Origin: Gemmatimonadales bacterium
GTDB taxonomy: Bacteria > Gemmatimonadota > Gemmatimonadetes > Gemmatimonadales > GWC2-71-9
Length of the DNA stretch: 15,564 bases
Direction of reading: 5' to 3'
Assembly (NCBI GenBank): GCA_038321865.1
Contig: JBBQFH010000047.1
Span: forward strand, 1 to 15,564
Shown: in pieces, positions 1 through 5,720 of the stretch
Layout: each line of letters starts with the position of its first letter
How positions within the stretch are numbered: the first letter of the stretch is position 1
Notes under the pieces: model-generated
The model's database searches: none
What the model saw: only the letters and a program-made list of their open reading frames with translations
What the model was told of the DNA's origin: nothing
Position numbers and translations under genes: made by a program

Positions 1-79
<79 letters not shown>

Positions 80-230
80 GATTTTGATATCAGACTCGAG
101 CCGAACGACCTGGTTATTAGCCTTGTCGTCCGAATCACTTATAAGATCAGAGTTTTCAACCCGGTCCGGCCAGCCTCTGTGTCCGGCCAGACCATAGGGT
201 CCGCACTCGTCTCATCTAAACTCACGTCAC

Positions 231-243
231 TTGTCAAAGAGCA
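231..243 (-). promoter_or_regulatory. rrn leader boxA antitermination element
   Basis: Minus strand TGCTCTTTGACAA versus the consensus TGCTCTTTAACA, located between the promoters and the 16S gene. Confidence 0.85.
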
Positions 244-254
244 ATAAACCAGTC

Positions 255-274
255 GCCGGAAAAACTTCACCGGC
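255..274 (-). promoter_or_regulatory. boxB-like hairpin of rrn leader
   Basis: GCCGG-N10-CCGGC inverted repeat directly upstream of boxA and just after the predicted P2 start. Confidence 0.5.
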
Positions 275-282
275 AGCCCCCA

Positions 283-311
283 ATTGTAACCGACCCGATC
301 CACTGGGTCAA
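283..311 (-). promoter_or_regulatory. rrn P2-like sigma70 promoter
   Basis: TTGACC (311-306), 17 bp spacer, TACAAT (288-283), followed by GC-rich sequence. Confidence 0.8.
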
Positions 312-376
312 GGGCCGAAGTTCTGCGCCCCCACCGGGCCCAACCTCAACAGCATCAACTGAGTGGGGAGCCCGCT

Positions 377-404
377 AATTTACCGAACCAGTGACCCGTG
401 TCAA
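377..404 (-). promoter_or_regulatory. rrn P1-like sigma70 promoter
   Basis: TTGACA (404-399), 16 bp spacer, TAAATT (382-377), then a GC-rich discriminator AGCGGGCTCC. A 16 bp spacer is typical of rrn P1. Confidence 0.75.
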
Positions 405-588
405 GGCCGGCGGTACGACGATTGGCGGGACCGCAGTCTACGACGATCGCCGGCCCGGGGCAACCCCGAACCGTGACCTGGCGCACCGTAGCGCATCCCG
501 ACCCGCCCTACCTTCCCCCTATGCTCCGCGACGCGATTAACACGACCGTGCCATGCGGCATGGCTACCGTTTTTCAGAGGAGGAACCA

Positions 589-1065
589 ATGACCGCAACG
601 CCCGGCAACGATCGTACACCCGCCGACGTGATCGCCACACTCAACGGCCTGGTCGAAACCTGCAAGGACGGCGCGCAGGGTTTCCGTACCGCAGCCGACG
701 GCGTCGAAGACCTCAACCTGCAGCGACTCTTCGGAAGCTACGCGCAGCAGCGGACGGAATTCGCCGCTGAGCTGGAGCAAATGGTCGGGGGGCTGGGCGG
801 CGCGCCCAGTGAGACCGGTCACATCGTCGGCGCGATCCATCGCGGCTGGATGAATCTCAAGGCGGCGATCACCGGACGGGACGACGCCGCCATCATCGCC
901 GAATGCGAACGGGGCGAAGACTTCGCCAAGGCGCGGTATCGGAAAGCGCTCGACACGACGCTGCCCAATGAGGTACGCGCCACCGTCGAACGGCAGGCGG
1001 TCCAGATTCAGGAAGCGCACGACCACGTCCGGTCGCTCGAGCGCTCATACAGCAAGAAGAGCTAG
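589..1065 (+). CDS. PA2169/DUF2383 family ferritin-like four-helix-bundle protein (158 aa)
   Basis: Motifs LNGLVETCKDGAQGF, GAIHRGWMNLKAA and IIAECERGED. A strong SD, GAGGAGG at 577-583, precedes ATG 589. Confidence 0.9.
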   Translation: MTATPGNDRTPADVIATLNGLVETCKDGAQGFRTAADGVEDLNLQRLFGSYAQQRTEFAAELEQMVGGLGGAPSETGHIVGAIHRGWMNLKAAITGRDDAAIIAECERGEDFAKARYRKALDTTLPNEVRATVERQAVQIQEAHDHVRSLERSYSKKS

Positions 1066-1415
1066 GGGCGGGGCGCGGCCAGCAGTCGCTCGGCGAATTC
1101 CACGCGTTCCGCCAGCTCCGCGACTTCGTGGCGGAGCGCGTCGATTTCCTCGAGCACGTCCGCCGGCACCAGTGAGCTGTCCGGCATTTCGGGATCCCAG
1201 CGGGAGATCAGCCGGCCGTCAGCATCGCGAAACCCTCCGGCGGCCACCAGAATCACGTCGTACAGATACCAGATGCCCAGGCCGCCGAGCGTCGCCGCCA
1301 TGAGCACGCCGGTGCCGGTCTTCCCGGCGTAGAACCGGTGCGCGCCGAACACCCCAAGCACGAAGGCGAGGACAAGCGCGACGCCGCGCGATTTGTCGGA
1401 AGGGCCGGAGGTCAT
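1062..1415 (-). CDS. TM2 (NINE) domain membrane protein with C-terminal coiled coil (117 aa)
   Basis: TM2 signature KSRGVALVLAFVLGVFGAHRFYAGKTGTG..TLGGLGIW..YD. ATG 1415 chosen because the longer ORF-track start lies inside tRNA-Arg. Confidence 0.88.
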   Translation of the reverse strand: MTSGPSDKSRGVALVLAFVLGVFGAHRFYAGKTGTGVLMAATLGGLGIWYLYDVILVAAGGFRDADGRLISRWDPEMPDSSLVPADVLEEIDALRHEVAELAERVEFAERLLAAPRP

Positions 1416-1440
1416 TTGGCAATGCTCGCTGGCAGGTAAG

Positions 1441-1514
1441 CGCGCCCGGGTGGAATCGAACCACCGACCCACAGCTTAGAAGGCTGTTGCTCTATCCAAC
1501 TGAGCTACGGGCGC
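1441..1514 (-). tRNA. tRNA-Arg (anticodon TCT), no encoded CCA
   Basis: Cloverleaf GCGCCCG..TAGCTCAGTTGGATAGAGC..ACAGC-CTTCTAA-GCTGT..GGTTCGATTCC..CGGGCGCG. Confidence 0.97.
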
Positions 1515-1685
1515 TGACGGTGCATCAGGATCCCGACAGAGGGTAACTCGCCACCACGGCTGAGGAAAGCCCAGGGTTGCCATATCACCGCTGTCGTGAA
1601 ACCGGAGACGGCGCGCATCCGTCACGCTTGTAAGCGGCCGCCTGAGGCGGGCCGGGTCCATCCCTCACGACACAGGAGCTGGCGC

Positions 1686-2447
1686 ATGCGCTGGAGTCTT
1701 GCCCTGCTTGCCCTTGGATCGCTCAGCGGCGCCGCCGTTCCACAGGGCGCGCCGAAGGATGGGGAAGCATTAATCGCGCGCATGCACGCGCGATACGACG
1801 GGAAATGGTATCACACGCTGACCTTCGTCCAGCGCACCACTCGTCCGGGCCGGCCGGACGCGGTCTGGTACGAAGCGTCGTCGGTGCCGGGGCGGCTGCG
1901 GATCGACTTCGCACCGCTGGACAGCGCCAACGCGAGCCTGTATTCCGGCGACTCGTCGTACGCCTTCCGCCGAGGCAAGCTGGTCCGCGTCGATCGTGAC
2001 CGGAACCTCCTGCTGACACTTGGCTTCGATGTCTACGGACAGCCGGCGGACACTACGGTCGCGCAGCTTCGTGCGGAGGGCATCGATCTGGGCCGCATTC
2101 ACAGCGACACCTGGGAAGGGAAGCCGGTCTGGGTCGTCGGCGCGGCACCTGGCGATTCGACATCCAATCAGTTCTGGATTGAAAAGGACCGATTGCTGTT
2201 CGTGCGGTTGATCCAGCAGGTCCCCGGGCAGACCGGCACCCGGCTCCTCGATGCGCGGTTCAACAAGTACCAGCCGCTGGCCGGTGGCTGGATCGCAGTG
2301 AACTGCGTGATCAACATCGACGGCAAGCCGCTCCAGTCGGAAGACTACACGGAGATTCAGGCCAATGTGCCGCTCGACGCGTCGCTCTGGGATACCAGGG
2401 CATACCAGCGACCGGTCTGGGTGAAATCGAACTCGAGCCGCAACTGA
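1686..2447 (+). CDS. Exported protein, probable LolA-like / lipoprotein-sorting fold (253 aa)
   Basis: SD AGGAG at 1674-1678; signal peptide MRWSLALLALGSLSGAA; beta-rich body with PGRLRIDF and NQFWIEKDRLLFVR segments reminiscent of the LolA superfamily. The fold call is inference. Confidence 0.7.
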   Translation: MRWSLALLALGSLSGAAVPQGAPKDGEALIARMHARYDGKWYHTLTFVQRTTRPGRPDAVWYEASSVPGRLRIDFAPLDSANASLYSGDSSYAFRRGKLVRVDRDRNLLLTLGFDVYGQPADTTVAQLRAEGIDLGRIHSDTWEGKPVWVVGAAPGDSTSNQFWIEKDRLLFVRLIQQVPGQTGTRLLDARFNKYQPLAGGWIAVNCVINIDGKPLQSEDYTEIQANVPLDASLWDTRAYQRPVWVKSNSSRN

Positions 2448-2488
2448 CAAAAGAACCCCGTCGGCACCGTGCCGGCGGGGTTTTTTCT
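2448..2488. terminator. Probable bidirectional intrinsic terminator
   Basis: 13-bp stem AACCCCGTCGGCA / TGCCGGCGGGGTT (one G-T pair) with a T6 tract on + and an AAAAGAA run on the other side. It lies between the convergent CDS 1686-2447 and tRNA-Pro. Confidence 0.85.
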
Positions 2489-2490
2489 GA

Positions 2491-2564
2491 TCGGGGCGCC
2501 GGGATTCGAACCCGGGACCTCCTGCTCCCAAAGCAGGCGCGCTACCGGACTGCGCCACACCCCG
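2491..2564 (-). tRNA. tRNA-Pro (anticodon TGG), no encoded CCA
   Basis: CGGGGTG TGGCGCAGTCCGGTAGCGC..CCTGC-TTTGGGA-GCAGG..GGTTCGAATCC..CGCCCCGA. An rph-rdgB-tRNA-Pro linkage is common in bacteria. Confidence 0.97.
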
Positions 2565-2575
2565 CGGCGGCCGCG

Positions 2576-3139
2576 CTAGCGGCCCGGTCCTCCCTGCGGC
2601 GGGCCCATGCCCAGCTGCCCGGCTTCGAGTGTCACTTTCCAGCCGCCCGGTGTGCGCCGAAGGGAGACGAGCGATACGTTATCCGCCTTGCTCGTGCCGG
2701 ACGCGATGTGCTGCCGGTAAACGATATGAGAAAGCGAATCGCCCTCGGTCACCTCCCCAAGAATCGTGTTGGTCATCGTCATCGGACCGGCGGCCGCAAC
2801 CCGATTCATGACCGTCTGCAGATAGATGGCGAACAGCCGTTCCGCCGGAATCTTCTGGATATCCTCGAAGCTCTTCGCGGGCGCGAACATCGCCAGAGCC
2901 TGGGCGCGCTGCGGCGTGCCCAGGGCCTGCTGCACGTTGGCCAACAGTTGGGCGCGAAAGGCGGCCAGGTCCTGCGGGCTCGCCTCGCGGGCGAATCCCT
3001 CTGCGTTCCGCGCGGCAAGCGCCGTCAGCGTCCGCTGCGCGACGGCACGTGCCGTCCCCGCGGCCGGCGCGCGCTGCGCGCCAAGCGGGCCAGCCAGCGC
3101 CACCGTAAGAAGGGCACCTGTCAATACTCGGCGAGACAT
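2576..3139 (-). CDS. Exported hypothetical protein, possibly NTF2-like (187 aa)
   Basis: Signal peptide MSRRVLTGALLTVALAGPLGA; C-terminal LRRTPGGWKV strand typical of NTF2-like exported domains; co-oriented with the operon. Confidence 0.75.
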   Translation of the reverse strand: MSRRVLTGALLTVALAGPLGAQRAPAAGTARAVAQRTLTALAARNAEGFAREASPQDLAAFRAQLLANVQQALGTPQRAQALAMFAPAKSFEDIQKIPAERLFAIYLQTVMNRVAAAGPMTMTNTILGEVTEGDSLSHIVYRQHIASGTSKADNVSLVSLRRTPGGWKVTLEAGQLGMGPPQGGPGR

Positions 3140-3178
3140 AAGCGTGGTTACCTCTGAATCAGGGAAAAGGATGCCGGA

Positions 3179-3796
3179 TCACTGCCGGGATCCCAGCCAG
3201 GCGGTCAGTGCGGCGGCGGCGCGGCCGCGGTGACTGACCGCCGCCTTCTGCTCGGGTAATGCGTCGCCGAAGGAGCGACCCAAATCGTCACTTAAAAAGA
3301 GCGGGTCGTAACCAAACCCACCGGTGCCGGATGCGGTCTCGAGAATGGCGCCGGTGCACGCCCCCTCGAAGACCTGCGGGACGGCGGCCGGCGACGCCAT
3401 GAAGACCAGCGCGCACCGGTATCTGGCCCGACGCCGGGCCGGCGGGGCACCCGCGAGGCGGCGGAGCAGTTCCGCATTGTTCGCCGCGTCCACTGCCGCG
3501 GCGGGTCCGGTCGCACCGGCCCAGCGGCGGGAGCGAACTCCCGGCTCGCCGCCCAGCGAAATGACTTCCAGGCCGGAGTCGTCGGCCACGGTCGGCAGCC
3601 CGCTCAGCCGCGCGAAATACTCCGCCTTCCGCCGTGCATTGCCTTCGAACGTGCCCTCGGTCTCCAGTCCCGACTCCGCCGCCGATTCGGCGATGCCGAT
3701 GTCATCCGGGAACACCACCTCGTGGCCGGCAGCGGCGAGCGCGGCGCGAACCTCCTGCTGCTTGCCTGCACTCCGGGACGCAAACAGCAGCTTCAC
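3179..3796 (-). CDS. rdgB: Non-canonical purine NTP pyrophosphatase (RdgB/HAM1)
   Basis: Motifs TFEGNARRKA, ADDSGL, PGVRSRR, GFGYDPLF and SHR. The GTG start overlaps the rph stop (GTGA). Confidence 0.95.
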   Translation of the reverse strand: MKLLFASRSAGKQQEVRAALAAAGHEVVFPDDIGIAESAAESGLETEGTFEGNARRKAEYFARLSGLPTVADDSGLEVISLGGEPGVRSRRWAGATGPAAAVDAANNAELLRRLAGAPPARRRARYRCALVFMASPAAVPQVFEGACTGAILETASGTGGFGYDPLFLSDDLGRSFGDALPEQKAAVSHRGRAAAALTAWLGSRQ

Positions 3797-4515
3797 CAGC
3801 CAAGCGCCCGGCGCTGGAGGTCAAAGAGCTGCGAGATGCCACGCTCACCATAGTCCAGAAGCGTCTGCAGCTCCGCTCGGGAAAAAGTGCCGTGCTCGCC
3901 GGTGCCCTGCACTTCGACGTATTCGCCGGGTGCGCGCATGACGATGTTGGCGTCAACGCCCGCATCCTTGTCTTCGAGGTAGGCGAGATCGCAGCGCACT
4001 TCGCCGTCGACGACTCCGACCGAGACGGCCGCCACGAGCGAACCGAAGGGTGACGGGCCACCGGTCCGCTTCGCCAGCCAGGTGCAGGCATCGGCCAGCG
4101 CGACGCAGCCGCCGGTGATGCTCGCCGTGCGGGTCCCGCCGTCCGCCTGAAGCACATCACAGTCGACGCGAATGGTGTACTCGCCGAAGGCAATCGTCCC
4201 CATCGCGGCCCGAAGCGACCGGCCGATCAGTCGCTGTATCTCCTGCGTGCGCCCGCCGGGGCCGTTCCGCTCCCGCTGGGTCCGCTCGAGCGTGGCGCGC
4301 GGCAGCATGGAGTATTCGGCCGTCACCCATCCCTCGCCGCTGCCCTTCTTGAACCCCGGCACGCCGGTATCCACGCTCGCGGTGCAGTGCACCAGGGTGC
4401 CACCCATGCGGATGAGGCAGGAGCCTTCGGCGTACGGATTCGCCTGGCGCTCGAGCACCACGGGGCGCAGCTGCTCGGCGGTGCGTCCATCCGGTCGTGC
4501 CACGGGCGGCTCCAT
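3793..4515 (-). CDS. rph: Ribonuclease PH
   Basis: Motifs RPDGR, GWVTAEYSMLPRAT, GRTQEIQRLIGRSLR, DCDVLQADGGTRTASITG and EVQGTGE. Confidence 0.98.
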   Translation of the reverse strand: MEPPVARPDGRTAEQLRPVVLERQANPYAEGSCLIRMGGTLVHCTASVDTGVPGFKKGSGEGWVTAEYSMLPRATLERTQRERNGPGGRTQEIQRLIGRSLRAAMGTIAFGEYTIRVDCDVLQADGGTRTASITGGCVALADACTWLAKRTGGPSPFGSLVAAVSVGVVDGEVRCDLAYLEDKDAGVDANIVMRAPGEYVEVQGTGEHGTFSRAELQTLLDYGERGISQLFDLQRRALGW

Positions 4516-4540
4516 CAGGCTGGCGAGAGGCGAATAAGTG

Positions 4541-5098
4541 TCACCATTGCGATTGGGCGCCTTCGACGATGTTGACCACGAGCCGATCCAGCGCCTTGCG
4601 GCGTCCGTCTGCCTCGCGGCCGGGCTCGTAGTCCCCTTCCACGGTCAGTCCGCTCCGCTGCCAGAGCGTGCGATTGGTCTTCTGATCGAGGATTTCGACG
4701 GATACCGTGATCTGTACCAGCCGGCGGGTGACGGTCACTACGCTGGTGGCCGCCCCGTTCCCGGTATAGGCCACCGGCAGATCGGGCTCGTATCGCGTGA
4801 TCGATCCACGCACCAGGGCATCGGCCTGGGCCTCGCCGGCCTGGCGCAGGCCCAGCCGGCTCTGCACGGCATCGCGCACCGCCGTCGAGATCTGCTGCGT
4901 CAGCGTCGGCTCGGGCGTCAGGTTGTCGAACGGAAGGACCGCGACCGTTCTGATGCCCTGGGGCAGCCCCCCGCCACTGAACCCGTAGCATGCGGCGGCG
5001 AGAAGCAGGCTAGTGCTGGCCAGGAAGCCAGAGATCGTGCGCGAAGACAGGAGGCGTGGTGCTCGCAGAAAAAGTGAGGTCGAGCTGGGCCGGAACAC
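4541..5098 (-). CDS. lptE: LptE-family (LPS-assembly) lipoprotein; start uncertain
   Basis: Lipobox-like LAAAC followed by YGFSGGGLPQGIRTVAVLPFDNLT, then ADALVRGSITRY and ITVSVEILD..LW, and a terminal W, as in LptE-like proteins. The only canonical in-frame start upstream of the Cys is GTG 5098. Confidence 0.75.
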   Translation of the reverse strand: MFRPSSTSLFLRAPRLLSSRTISGFLASTSLLLAAACYGFSGGGLPQGIRTVAVLPFDNLTPEPTLTQQISTAVRDAVQSRLGLRQAGEAQADALVRGSITRYEPDLPVAYTGNGAATSVVTVTRRLVQITVSVEILDQKTNRTLWQRSGLTVEGDYEPGREADGRRKALDRLVVNIVEGAQSQW

Positions 5099-5720
5099 TC
5101 GGCACGGTCAATCGTGCCGAGACCGGCCGCCCATCCGGGCCAAGGGTCGCGTCCACCCGCCCCACGAGCGTCCTGCCGTGCCGGACTTCCGTGAGGAGAT
5201 GGCCCGGCGCGCCGGCGATTCGCGCGTACGAGGTCGTGTCTCCGCCGGAAACATACTGCCACGCCGCCGACGTCGGAGTCTGGATCCCTCGCAGCTGATC
5301 GGACGGCGCGGGCTCGCGGGCCGTGCCGAACATCGCCCACATCAGCGGGTAGCTCGGCACCAGCCGGGCGATCGCGTCCTGCGGTTCGGTCCACCTCGCG
5401 GAATCGCCGACCACCACCGCGGCGGCGCGCCCGGCGCCGAACGGTCCGGCAACATCCAGGCGGACCGAGTCCGGGGCAGCGAACCGCAGTGTGCCGCGGC
5501 CGCCGGCCGCGCCGCGTTCGTCACGCAGCTGCCACTTGAAGCGCTGCATGAGGTAGCCGGTCGGCTGCGTCGAGCGCACCCACTCGGCAACCTGCCCGGC
5601 GGTTGCCGGACCCACCTCGGGCGGAATCAGCGCGGTCGGCGTCCTCGGTGTGCAGGCCGCGAGCGCCGCCACAACATAGAGGCGCGCGATGCGACGGTCA
5701 AATAAAACGCGTTGCAGCAT
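5010..5720 (-). CDS. Lipoprotein with LolB/DUF4292-like domain (236 aa)
   Basis: Signal peptide with lipobox LAAC; segment GTLRFAAPDSVRLDVAGPFG resembles LolB/DUF4292-like proteins. The ATG overlaps the upstream stop (TGATG). Confidence 0.7.
   Translation of the reverse strand: MLQRVLFDRRIARLYVVAALAACTPRTPTALIPPEVGPATAGQVAEWVRSTQPTGYLMQRFKWQLRDERGAAGGRGTLRFAAPDSVRLDVAGPFGAGRAAAVVVGDSARWTEPQDAIARLVPSYPLMWAMFGTAREPAPSDQLRGIQTPTSAAWQYVSGGDTTSYARIAGAPGHLLTEVRHGRTLVGRVDATLGPDGRPVSARLTVPSVPAQLDLTFSASTTPPVFAHDLWLPGQH

Noticed and set aside
164..190. 10-bp direct repeat GTCCGGCCAG in the rrn leader
   Set aside because: Only two short GC-rich copies with a 7-bp spacer; not a CRISPR array, and plausibly chance or leader structure.
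479..554. Sigma54-like TGGCAC/TGGCGC motifs
   Set aside because: Neither has the required GG-N10-GC spacing.
1770..2560. Minus-strand ORFs starting MAQSGSAPALGAGG and MWRSPVAR
   Set aside because: Their starts are translations of tRNA-Pro; they run through the terminator and antisense to a real CDS.
1441..2564. Possible integrated islet between tRNA-Arg and tRNA-Pro
   Set aside because: No duplicated tRNA 3' end (att site), no integrase and no evident compositional shift.
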